Shown in pieces: positions 28,241 to 39,862 of a DNA stretch of 64,000 nucleotides (positions are counted from its first letter, which is position 1; each line of letters begins with the position of its first letter). This stretch comes from Paramoeba atlantica (lineage: Eukaryota; Protista; Discosea), in NCBI GenBank assembly GCA_977017575.1, contig CDRNVI010000167.1, positions 1 to 64,000 on the forward strand. Direction: 5' to 3'. Both the position numbers and the translations under genes were made by a program. Under the pieces are notes generated by a model. That model was given only the letters and a program-made list of their open reading frames with translations. It was not told the DNA's origin and did no database searches.

Positions 28241-28559
28241 AGCGAGAATTGGATCATCTTCTGGGACATTTCAATTCTTTGAGGGTCTCAAATCGCTGAA
28301 AAATATCAAAGAAGAAAAAAGAGTTGTTTGAGCAAATCAAAAGAACTTTAATTTGTTCATAAAACTCCAAAACATCACCACAAAAATCCTTTTAATTGTT
28401 CTGTCTTTCTTGATTTTTGATTATATTATCATCTAACAGAAAAAGAAAAAAGAAAAGAAAGAAAAATTAGTTTTCCAATTAAAAAAACAAAGAAAAACAA
28501 AGAAAAACAAAGAAAAACAAAGAAAAACAAAGAAAAACAAAGAAAAGAAAAAAAACACA

Positions 28560-30434
28560 TCATCACAAAACACCCAACAAAATAAAGGTTTTTGATCTTG
28601 GGTTGGTGGTGGAAAGAAAAAGAGAACGAAAAAGAAAAAGAAAATCAAAAAAGGAAAAAGGAAAAAAAAAAAAAGAAAAAAGAAAAAAGAAAAAAAAGAA
28701 AAAAAAAAGAAAAAAAAAAAAGAAAAAAAGAAAAAAGAAAAAGAAAAAAGGAAAAAAATACATTTGAACAAGATTCGTGAGTTGAGTGGTCCTGTGAATG
28801 AATTCTTACTGAAATACCTACAAAGAGAAAAGAAAGAAAGAAAAAAGAAAGAAAAAAGAAAGAAAGAAAGAAAGAAAGAAAGAAATAAGAGGGAAAGAAA
28901 AGAAATAAGAGTTAAAAAGGAAAAAAGAAAAAAAAGAAAAAAAAGAAAAAAAAAATAATAAAAATAATAAAATAATAAAAAATAATAATAAAATAAATAA
29001 ATAAAATAAATTAAAAAAATAAAAAAAAATAAAAAACATCCAAGTCAAATTGGAGAGTTGTCCAAATTCAGTAGGCAAAGTCCCCGTGAAGTTATTAGAA
29101 ACAATGTCTCTAATAATATTATGAAAGAGAGAGAGAGAGAGAGAGAGAAGAAAGAGAGAAAGAGAGAGAGAAAAGTGAGAGAGAAAAGAGAGAGAAAGAA
29201 AGAAAAAAAATCATCAGAAGAATAATTTATTCAAAAAATAATCAGAAAAAAAAAGAAAAAAAAGAAAAAAAAGAAAAAAAGAAAAAAAGAAAGAAAAAAA
29301 AAAAGAAAAAAGAAAAAAAAGAAAAAAAAAAACTTTTGAAGAAGATGAGAGAGTTGTGCAAATTCAACAGGCATTGCCCCTGAAAAGAAATTCCCTTCCA
29401 GTGATCTGATAAAATCAAAAATAATTTCAATAAAAATGAAAGAAATGAAAAGATAAAAAAAAGAAAGAAAAAGAAAAAAGATAAAAAAGAAAAAGAAAAA
29501 AAATAAAAAAGAAAAAAAGAAAAAGAAAAGAAAAAGAAAAAAAGAAAAAGAAAAGAAAAAGAAAAAGAAAAGAAAAAGAAAAAGAAAAAGAAAAAGAAAA
29601 AGAAAAAAAAAGAAAAAAGAAAAAATTACAAGTCAGTTAAAGAACGAAGTTTTGAAATTTTGTCCAAGATTTTTTCTCCTTTCAGTCAATTGACTCCTAA
29701 AAAAGAAAGAAAGAAAAGAGAAGAGAAGAAAAGAGAAGAAAAGAGAAGAGAAGAGAAGAAAAGAAAAGAGAAGAGAAGAGAAGAAGAGAAGAGAAGAGAA
29801 GAGAAGAGAAGAGAAGAGAAAAAGAAAGGAAAGGAAAAGAAAGAAAAGGAAAAGAAAAAAGAAAGAAAAGAAAATGATAAAATTATTAAAAGAATAATAA
29901 AAAAAAGAAAAAAAATAAAATAATAAAATAATAAAATAATAAAATCATAAAATAAAATAAAAATAAAAATAAAATCAAAATCAAAATCAAAAATAAAAAT
30001 AAAATAAAAAATAAAAATAAAAATAAAAATAAAAATAAAAATAAAAAAAAACATAATTAGGCATGACGAAGATTTTCAATTTCTGATGGAACAGTCCCTC
30101 TGTCAGAAAGATCTCTAGAAAGAGAAGAGAGAGAAGAGAGAGAGGGAGAGAGGGAGAGAAAAGGGGAAAGAGAAGAGAGAAGAAAGGAAAAGTTAAAAGA
30201 AAAAGAAAAAAGAGAGAGAAAAGTTAAAAGAAAAGAAAGAAAAAGAAAAAGAAAAGAAAGAAAAAGAAAAAAAAAAGAAAAAAAAAAGAAAAAAAAAAGA
30301 AAAAAAAAAGAAAAAAAAAAGAAAAAAAAAAGAAAAAAAAAAGAAAAAAAAAAAGAAAAAGAAACAAATAAAACAAGAGAAGAAAGAACTCCAATTTCGG
30401 TTGGTCCCACCTAAGACAGTTGTCTGCCAAAAGC
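28560..30434 (-). pseudogene. Multi-exon LRR gene, copy A (decayed)
   Basis: AG/GT-bounded exons: PTEIGVLSSL (30434-30366), DLSD-RGTVPSEIENLRHA* (30114-30053), GEKILDKISKLRSLTDL, SLEGNFFSGAMPVEFAQLSHLLQ, DIVSNNFTGTLPTEFGQLSNLTW, YFSKNSFTGP; stops and frameshifts in three exons. Confidence 0.8.
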
Positions 30435-31347
30435 CTTTTTTAACAAATAATAGAAAGAGAGAAGAGAAAGAGAAGAGAGAAGAGAGAAGAGAGAAGAGAG
30501 AGAGAAAGAGAAAGAGAAATCAGAAGAGAAAGAGAAAGAAGAGAAGCAAAAAAAAAAAAAAAAACAAGAGACTCTGCATGGGGGGTTGTGGTGTTGCCCT
30601 CCTCCTCTCCCATTCTCTCTCCCCCCCCCCCCCATCCAAGAACCTCCCCCCTGGGAACACACACACACTCTCTCTCTCTCCCCAGAACCTTCTTCCCCTT
30701 CCTCTCCCTCCTCTCCGAAACCTCCCCCCTGGGAACACACTCTCTCTCTCCCCGGAACCTTCCTCTTCCTCTCCCTCCTCTCCTGAAAAAAACCAGTTGG
30801 ACCTGAAATAGAGGTCCATCATTTCCCTTTTTTTTTTTTTTGTTTTTTTTTTCTGTGGGTGTTTGTGGTTTTTTCTCTTTCTCTCTTTTTCTCTTCTTCT
30901 CAGTCACTCTTCTCTTTTCTTTTGGTGGTTGTGATCTCTTTCTTTCTGTTTTTTTTTTTCACATCCTTTTCTTTTCCTTTTTTACTTCTTTCTTGTTCTT
31001 TCTTTCTTCTTCAAGACCATCACTCTCTTTTTCCTTGATTTGTTTTTTGTTTTCCGTTTTATGTTTTTCCTTTCAGTCCCGCCCCTAAAACAAGTTTTTA
31101 ATTCTGAGAAAAGAGAGTTAAAACAAGAAGAGAGATCACAAAGAAATTCTTTGACAAACCTTTGTCCACAAACAAAATTGAGGTTTTTTCTTTTCTCTTC
31201 TTTTCCTCTTTTTTCTTTTCTCTCTCTTCTTTCTTTTCTCTCTTTTTCTTTTTTCTTTTCTTTCTTTTCTCTTCTCTTTTCTCTTTTCTTTTTTGTTAAT
31301 TTTGGGTAATTGGATTGATAAAAAGGAGAAAAAAAAGAAGAGAAAGT

Positions 31348-31466
31348 GTCTTCGGTCATACCCAGTTGAAAGCACCCGATCCCATCAGAACTCGGAAGTT
31401 AAGCAGCTGTGGGCTCGGTTAGTAGAATGGTGGGTGACCACATTCGAATCCCGAGTGCTGAAGACC
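31348..31466 (+). rRNA. 5S rRNA, copy 2
   Basis: Identical by inspection to 19549-19667; shares upstream aaaaaaagaagagaaagt and a downstream T tract. Confidence 0.95.
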
Positions 31467-31781
31467 TTCTCTTTTTTTCTTTTTTTTCTTTCTTTTTCTT
31501 TCCCTTTTTTTCTTTTTCTTTTTTTCTTTCCCTTTTTTTTTAATTTTCTTTTTGTTGAAAAACAGGTCGAAAACACAAATTTGATTCTGGTTCAGTCTTT
31601 TTCTTGTTATTCTATTTGCAGATCGTGGTATGCCTCCACACAAATATTCGAGAGAAAATATTCAAAATAAGGAGGGTGTGTTTTGTTATTTTTGGTTCCC
31701 TCTCTTCTTGATCATTTCCCCCCAAAAGATGTTCCACAAAAAAAGCAAAAAAGAGTTTTGAAGGCATAGAATTATTATTAT

Positions 31782-31827
31782 TACTCTCTGAGTTACGAAT
31801 TTTCACAAATTAGCAACTCAGAGAGTA
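31782..31827. repeat. Short TA-flanked hairpin element, copy 4
   Basis: TA ctctctgagtt acgaattttcacaaattagc aactcagagag TA; perfect 13-bp stem including the TAs. Confidence 0.8.
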
Positions 31828-32086
31828 TTACAAGAAGATATCCCTCCACAGTGGCCAACATCCCCTTTCATCTAAATTATGATTTTTAAGGAAGAAAAAG
31901 TAAGAGTTATTGGGAGACTTAAACAGAGAAAAGAAGGAAAAAAGGGAGAGTGTGTGTGTGTTGTTTGTTGTTTGACAAGATGCACCCCAACAATGTGAGA
32001 GAAAAGAATAAATAAATAAACCAAAAAAGTGGGATATTCAAAAAGAGAGATTTTATTTTGAAAGGATGATTTTGAAGATCTCCTTT

Positions 32087-33108
32087 CTATTTCCATCTTT
32101 TTTCCTTTGGGGGAGAAGAATTCTTTTTGGGAGAACCATGAGAGTAATGGGAATGTTTACAACGACCATCTTTTCCTTTTCTCTTATTCACAAAAAACTT
32201 CTCATCCTTCTGTTCTTCTGATTGTTCTTCCACTTCAGTCAGGGCCAACCTCTCTGTGATTTCTTCCAAACGTTTCTTGAGAATAATTTCTGTTTCCATC
32301 ATCTTTTTTGACTTCTTTTCTTTCACTTCAAGATTACAAAGTCTTCTTTCGATGTTTTGTTGTTGATTCTGAAGTTTTCTCAATTGTCCAAACGATCTTG
32401 GTTTACCACAATCTTCTTTTTCCTCTTCCTCTTCCTCTTCCTCTTCCTCTTGGACTGTCTCATCAGACAATTCAGCTTCTATTCTCCTCCTCTTGTTTGA
32501 TAGCAACAACAACTTCACTTTTCTTGACTTTTCAAATCAATAAGACTCTCTCGAACTTGGGTTTTGTTTTCAGTCAACTGTTCCTTTCTTCGTTGAAGAG
32601 CCACAATCTTTTCTTCAAGAACATTGATCTGATCTGCCAGTTTCTCGTCACGCTTACTGAGCATTTCAATCTTCTTCTCTCTCTTCTGTTGTTCCTTGAG
32701 TCTTTTCTGAGGGTTCTCAGAAACTGACTCATCATCAGTACTCTCATCACTCGCTTTCTCTTCATCATCATCATCCACTCGATTTTCAATCTCCTGATGA
32801 CTCTTCACTGCTGTCACCATCTTGTTGTCCTTTTTGGGGAGAACAAACAAAGCGTCTTCCAAGTCTTGATTACGTTTCACAAAGACAACATCACACTCAT
32901 CATTGAGATAGAACACTCGAACTGCAGCAGTCGAAGTTCCGTACACATCCTGGATCTTCCTTCGCAGACTTCGAAAGTCTTGAGCTTGAATAGAACACAC
33001 TTCTCCATTCTCAGTGTTTCGAACTTCCCACTGCTGTTCTTCTTCTTCCTTCTCGAGGTTTTTTGATCGAACAACGATCGACGACATCAACTGAACTCTC
33101 ATCACCAT
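32087..33108 (-). pseudogene. PB1-domain coiled-coil gene, frameshifted paralog of 53142-54110
   Basis: ORFs 33108-32515 and 32518-32087 together match the 322-aa ORF; frame breaks at ~32520-32480. Confidence 0.75.
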
Positions 33109-33691
33109 GTTGGATTGTTGTTTTTCTGTTTCAAGTTATCCAGAAAAAGAAATGTTTTGAATTAAAAACAAAACCTGAGAGAAGAAGTGGTTGCGTTTGT
33201 TGTCGTTCATGGAAGGGGATAAGAGGAAGAGGGGGTGATGGTGAGAAGGAACACCAACCCCACAAACCACAAAAAAAACAAAAAACAAAATCACCGAAAG
33301 CAACAAAACGCAGGGCGGGAGGTTCAATTCCCACAAAATTTTCCTTTTTTTTTTTATTTTTTATTTTTTTTTATTCAGTGAAGGTGTTGGGCGGACTTGG
33401 ACAAAACTTTTTCAAAACGACGAAAAAAGAGGTTGGGAGTGGTTGTCTTCGAAAAATGAGAAACCACACCCAATGGATACTTCACTGAACTGAGCCAACT
33501 TTTTCCAAGAACAGGTTTCTTCGTCCCCTCCTCAACCCAACACACCAAAAAACACAAAAACAAAAATTCAAAACAAAAAAAACAAAACAAAAAAAACAAA
33601 ACAAAAAACACAAAACCAAAACACAAAAACAAAACAAAAAAAACAGTGCCCCTTCTTGTGTGATTGTGATTGATCGACAAATACTACTACT

Positions 33692-34144
33692 ATGGCTTCT
33701 GTGGTTCAATTTTCTGATGAATGTATCTCTATTGCTCGCTCCGTCAAATCCGGAAAATCAAAAGGATGTATCTTCTTGATCGATGATGGAAAATGTCAAA
33801 CTGATTATCATGATTTATCGAAAAGTGAGGATGTGGTGGATGGGCAAACAGAATGGGCTGAATTCACGACTCATCTCCCAAGAGACAAATGTGCGTATGG
33901 ATTGACTCACATCAAATACATATCTCCTTCTGATCACATCGAAAGGAGTAAGTTAGTGTTTGTGATGTGGGCACCTGACAGATCTAAAATCAAAGAAAAG
34001 ATGGTTGTTTCTTTTTCTGCAAATGGAATTGTTGGAAAGATTGGAGAAGGTGGGATTTCTTGTCGACTTCAGGGTGGTTCGGTTGCATCTGTTGATTATG
34101 ATGAAGTTTTGGAACATGCATTGGCGCGATCTACAGTGAAGTGA
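33692..34144 (+). CDS. cof: Divergent ADF/cofilin (actophorin-like), intronless
   Basis: MAS.V.FSDEC start; LPRDKCAYG; ERSKLVFVMWAPDRSKIKEKM; 150 aa, the typical ADF-H length. Confidence 0.88.
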   Translation: MASVVQFSDECISIARSVKSGKSKGCIFLIDDGKCQTDYHDLSKSEDVVDGQTEWAEFTTHLPRDKCAYGLTHIKYISPSDHIERSKLVFVMWAPDRSKIKEKMVVSFSANGIVGKIGEGGISCRLQGGSVASVDYDEVLEHALARSTVK

Positions 34145-34689
34145 AAAACAGAAATGAGGAGATTCCCCCCTTCCCTCTCTCTCTCTCTCTTCCTTTCTCT
34201 CCTCTCTCTCCTCTCTTTGGGTGGAGGGAGTGGAGGAGGGGTGTGTCTGTTTCAAAAGTTGATTTGTAAAAGAGGAGACAAAAAAATGACTCCTCTCTTC
34301 TCTTTCCTCTTCTTCTTTTTTGAATTCCATGAAAATTATTTACTTTATTTTTAATAAAAGAGATCCTTTTTCACATTGTCTCTTCTTGCTGCTTTGTTTT
34401 TTCGAACCTTTTCTTTCAACAACACAGATTTAGTTCGCTAAAAAAGTGCGCTAATTTTTTTTTTTGTTTTTTTTTTGTTTTCCCTTGTTGTTCCCTGATA
34501 CAAAACAAGAGAGGCAAGAGGGAGAAAAGGAAGAAAGAACACCGACCTTGAAGTTAAAAGAAAAAAAAGAAAACAGATTTTCAAAAAAGAGTGATCAAAG
34601 AAAAAAAAGAGAGAAAAAAAAGAAAACAACCAACTTGTTTCTTTTTTCCTTTTTCAAGAGAGAGAGAGGCAAGAGGGGTTTGAAATTGA

Positions 34690-35735
34690 GCGAATTGGGA
34701 ATGGCGTGGGGGGCAATTGGGTTATCCACACCAAAAAGACAAAAGGTTATTCTTTTCTTTTCTTTTCTTTTTTAAATCTTTTTGTTTGTCATGTTTTGTC
34801 ATGTGATTATATCTTGTGAGTGTGGTGTGTGATGTGATGTGATGTTTGTTGTTTTCGGCTTTTGGGATTGGGGTTGGGGATTGGTTGGTTTTTCTCCTTT
34901 TAGTTTCCCTCCTTTTTTTTAATCTTTTTCTTCTCTTTTTCACTTTGTTTTTTTCTTTCTTTCTCTCTTTCTTCTTTTTTTCTCTTTTTTTTCTTTGACT
35001 TTGGTGTTTGGGATTTTTGAATTCTTCATTTTTCCTTTGTCTCTCCTTTCTCCCTTTCTCCTTTTTTTTCTTTACTTTTTTTCTTTTCTTATTTTTTTTC
35101 TATCTTTTAAAAGAATTCTAATACCAATATTCTTTTCTCTTCAGGTTTTACATTCCATGAATTGACCACTACAACCAATCTATTTTTGCACATCTCAAAA
35201 TGTTGAGGCGATTTCTTTATCAGATCTAGGAGAGAAAAAAGAGTTGGAATTCTTGTTTGACGTGTTTCTTGGGTCTCTATAGCCAAGTCTGAGAGAGTTA
35301 AAGAGTTATATTGTAGGGCTGTCTGACTAAGTATCCAAAGAGAACCACTTTGATCACTTTTTCATATGGTTTGTTAACTTTTTTTTATTTTTATTTTTAT
35401 TTTTAGTTGATTGTGTTTTTTTAGTCTGTTTTTTTTTGTTGTTGTTGATATCCTCTTTTCTTTTTTTTTTGTTCTATTTTTTTTTTCTCATCTCTCTTCT
35501 CACACTCAAGTTCATCTTATAACACAGGTGATCTTGCTATATTGTTCAGGGTTAAGTGTTAGTAATTTATTGGGGTGTTTTGTTTTGCAACATCCAAAGT
35601 TTTTGAGATTGTGAGATGTTTGTAAAAGAATCTCATTTTTGGGCAAATGATCAGGGAAGATGATGGAGATTGCAGAGCAAAGAGAAAAACAAAGGAGCAA
35701 AAAGATAAAACTGGAATCAAAATGTTATCTTCTTT
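34690..35735 (+). pseudogene. Possible decayed multi-exon gene of unknown product
   Basis: Complex islands bounded by ttcag|...|gtttgt and T-rich tracts; VEAISLSDLGEKKELEFLFDVFLGSL*PSLRELKSYIVGLSD*. Confidence 0.3.
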
Positions 35736-35849
35736 TTCTTTTTTTCTTTTCTTTACTTTTTCTTTTTCTTCTGTCTTTTCCTTTTTTTCTTTATTCTTTC
35801 TTTATTCTTTCTTTATTCTTTCTTTTTTCCTTTTTCCTTTGAGGTAAAC

Positions 35850-37505
35850 CTGATTTTTTTTTTGGTTCAAAATAAACCTGCAGAAGAAGAGGCTGGATGA
35901 ATTTCTTTTTCAGATTTGCCCTTGGTGAAGGAGACTCATGAGGGTGATTCTTGTGATAATGTTTGATTAAATCAGGAGCAGAGATGGTGTCTGATAGCTT
36001 TTCCAACACAGTAGTCCTTCTATTAAAGTGTTCCATCCTCATCAATGTGGTGTTCATGAATCTCTTTCACTTTGTAATTGTAATCATCTCTGTGGTTAAA
36101 ATCATCCATCTTATTCAATTCAAGGACACATGCAGGAGGGGTTGGTTTTGTATTTGTCCTTCTTCATAATTAACAGAGATCTCATATATCTTTACTTTTA
36201 ATCCCTTTAGGTGCATAATATTTTTGTGGCACATGTTCTGTTGTTCTAGATTGAAATGATCAGCAGAAGTGGTGACTGCTATTTCTCGTCGATATGCCTC
36301 TGTTGTATCCAATACCATTGATGGATGTCTACCAAAGTGAATGAAGAATGAAGTGAAGAGGAATTAGGAGATCCCAATCATCTTCAATGATCATGGATGG
36401 ATATATATATATGCTTAAATGACCTTGATTTGCCAAATCAGCCGTGAAGCTGGTTTGAGAATTCAAAGCCATTGTCAGGGTTATAATCTTGATAGGCATA
36501 GAGTTGATGCAGGTGTGTATTGCATAAAGCAATTTCTGCAATTGTTTTTGCATTTCTGTGGCTGGGAGATTGGGTAGATTTGGATGGATCCATCGAAATT
36601 GTCACAATTACAGGCAAAAGTGAATCCTTGTATGATGGTATTTTAGTCCAGGGGGTGCAGGCAGTGGCCCAGGAGGATATGGAGTAAAGAAGAGGTTTGA
36701 GTCTTGCTCCTCTCATTCCTTTTTTTGTTTTTTTTGTTGTTGTCTTGACATTCCAAACAGTTTTGGCAAAAGGAGTAAATGTATGGGTATATGATTTAGG
36801 AAAAACAAAATGATGAGTCAGAGACTGCTTGATCCAAAGCGCTTCTCAAACTTTCTGTGACCACCATTTAGTATTTCACCCCAAAAATGATTGAGGTAGG
36901 ACTGCTGGAGGCAACCCTCTTTCTCTTTAGGGTTACATTTCAGCCACTTTTCTGAGGATTCCTGCTGGGTCTATCCAGAATTTGTGGGTTTTTGTTTGAA
37001 GCATTTTTTGATTGTTTCTTTAGAGGAAGAATTCCACACAGATGATAGTCGATTATTTTAGTGCAGAAGGGATATCATCTTGCTATGCTTGAGCAAAAGG
37101 CTTGGTAATTCGACTGATTTGGGAATTGGTCTCCCCCTCAAGTGTGTGAATTGATTTTAAGAGGGTGTTAAACATTTGAACATCTGGGATGCTCTTGTCT
37201 TGTTCCTCTTTTTTTGGTTGGTTTTTGCCATAAGATCATTTTGTTTGCTTCCTGGCTTGTGGATTACTTTGACATTGTATTTCATGATTCTTGTGCAATC
37301 TAGTCTCAAAATATTGTGTGGTCTGTGGGTTTTTTTTTCGGATTTGAATACTCTTGAGAGAGCTGGGACAATGCCTCTATGCACTTCAAATCAACAGGTG
37401 GCCTTGGGTAGAAGTATTCCCTCCAGCCTCATATGGGTTTGGTTTGATTTGAGTTATGTTGTGCAATGGGTTTCAAAATGGATGTTGTATGCAAAGAATT
37501 GAGAA
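35850..37505 (-). mobile_element. Ty3/Gypsy-like RNaseH-integrase relic
   Basis: In order: KPTDH / IMKYNVKVIHKPGSKQ (RH end), CQNCLECQD (integrase Zn finger), DILLG..CDNF..IYPI..AKTIA, PIKII/DNGFEFSNQL (core); many stops; CpG-poor. Confidence 0.6.
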
Positions 37506-37511
37506 TCATAT

Positions 37512-39070
37512 TGTAGAAGTTGTAAAGTAAAAGGACAAGGGAAAAACCACAAAACATGGAAAGCCCTTGGATGAGGGAAAACTGGAATGTGAGCACAGTG
37601 CAAAAAACCTCCAGGAATGAGAATAGTTGAGTATGTGAGGAAGAGAGAGAGAGAGAGGATATTGAGTATGCAGACTAAATGGGCAGATCTGAGACTGAGA
37701 GTGAACTTCTATGTTTTCAGAAAGGGTTGTCCATTTAATGCTTTGGTCAGGATGTGTGCACAGTTTGTTAGTAAGAAGTAGATTCAAAAGAAATGACCTT
37801 TGTATCATGTGCATAGTGGAGATCAAAGTAGTGGTGGGGAAGGATATGTCAGCTTCCTTTTGTAGTCTGGGGATTTGTTATTTGTGCTTCATTGTCTGTG
37901 TGTGAAAGGGAATGGGTCAAGTGTAGTTGTCATCAGTGTGTTCAAGAAGGAATGAGGCCCATCATCTCTGGTGCTATCCAAACATTTTGATCCAGCAATA
38001 TAATCTCAGTATGTTGAGTGCTCTTTGGGAACGGTTTTGGAGAGAGAGGAATGCCATATATGCCCAGCAACAATCATGTTCAGTTTCATACAATAGCCAA
38101 GGGATGATTTTCCAGTGTTGAGATCCAAGTTGTAGGAGGCCTCTGAGTGAACATTGAGAGTGATGTCAGATGTTTTCAGTTTGTAGAGCAATCCCATCCA
38201 TTTTGTTCCCTTCAAATATTTGACCACTTGTTTCAGGTGTTTCCAGTGAGACTTCCTTGGGTTTGAGGTGTATTGAGAGAGAGAGATCACAGAGTAGAGA
38301 ATATTGGGATGTGTGGCCATTGCAAAATGTATAAAAGTGTTTGCCAATAATGGTGGATTGATAAGGGATGTTCTTCATATCCTCAAGTTCAGTAGTATTT
38401 CTAGTACAATGTTCTTTATGAGGTTGATATCCAAAGGAAGTGTGGGTATTCTGTGTTCCTGGTGTGTTGGCAAACCAAGAGAGTTCAAGAGGTTTTTAAT
38501 TATAGCAGTTTGGGAGAGGAAGTAGGATCCATCTTTGCAGATTTGGAAGGAGATACTGAATGTGTAAGAAACTTGTTTGAAAGTTTTAACTTGGAATTCT
38601 TTGTGAAGCTATGCAAGAGTCTTTGTGGTGTGGTTGTTGTTAGGACCAGTAATAAAGATGTCATTGTGACCCAGAGAGCAATAATTGATCCATTGGTGTG
38701 ATGGTATATAGAGCAGGTTTGTTTGGAGAAGGAATATAACCAATCAATTTGAGATACTTGTCAAGACAAATGTTCCATACTCTTCCAGCATTTGAGGCTT
38801 TATAAAGTACAACAACATTACCATCTTTTCCAAGAGAATCCCCATTGATTTTGTTCCAGTGTAGAAAAGAGGTAGATGAGTGAAAACAAGTTTCTCCATT
38901 TTTCTTTATTCAGATAAGCATTTTTTTTTGTGTAGCAAGAGCAATAAGCATCCAGATACTTTCAAGGTGGGTGCAAGGAGAAAATATCTTGTTGTAATAA
39001 TGGATTCTCTTCTTTCATATGATATTTTTGAAGAACAAGTTAAACCTTCCATTGAACAATATTATTAAAA
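37512..39070 (-). mobile_element. Ty1/Copia RT-RNaseH relic with an LTR-like 3' end
   Basis: LYKASNAGRVWNICLDKYL, IIALW..NDIFITG (YVDD motif), MKNIPYQSTI, HPNILYSVISLSQYTSNPRKSHWKHLKQVVKYLKGT, HSEASYNLDLNTGKSSLGY; LTR-like 37512-37625 ends ...ctaCA on the minus strand. Confidence 0.8.
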
Positions 39071-39764
39071 ACATTGTAATTCAAAAAAAACCTTTTGTTG
39101 TGTTCTATCAAAGATTTTTCTTTCCTCTAGAGTTGATTCTTGAAATACATTGAGTTGCTCAATTCCCCTGTGCTCTTTGTGTGAGATCTTAAGAAACTTC
39201 TTTTTCCTTTTTATTTTCTTTATATTTTCCTTTTCCCCACTGATTCTACCTCAATCTTCCACTCCACCACCAAAATTGCTCCCAAACCCATCCCTCTCAA
39301 TGCTTTTCTTTTTCATACAATGGATAGAAAATCTTCTTAACACTTCTACAACAATTAACTCTCTAGTGACTCTAATGTTGGAAATTTTTGATTGGTATTT
39401 CTTTATTTTGAAAAAGAAAAGCTTTAAGAGAAATGAACTTTGATTGGAATGAACATTTAAAAAAAGGAACTATATTGAACAATCTTTTTCTTCTTATTTT
39501 TATTTTTCTCTTTTTAAGACTCCCTCACCTTATCAATAATATTACAAATTCTTTAAAAATTTAATATTTGCAATGATTTATTGTTTTCTTTAAAAAAAAC
39601 TCTAAAAAATTAATATAAAAGAAATAATTGTAAAAAAGAAAAATAAAAAATTAAACTGATTTCATTAACTAACTTGTTTTTTTGTTTTTTTAGAGATGAG
39701 TATGATAGTTTAGTTGTCCTTTTCTTCAATTTTTTATTTTTGAGGTCTCAAGTTCAATTCTTTT

Positions 39765-39862
39765 AATTTTCCAATTTTCCAATTTTCCAATTTTCCAATT
39801 TTCCAATTTTCCAGTTTTCTAGTTTTCCAGTTTTCCAGTTTTCCAGTTTTTCAATTTTCTAA
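39765..39862. repeat. 8-bp microsatellite (ttttccaa/ttttccag) x~12 at the satellite edge
   Basis: ttttccaattttccaa...ttttccagttttctagttttccag. Confidence 0.85.
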
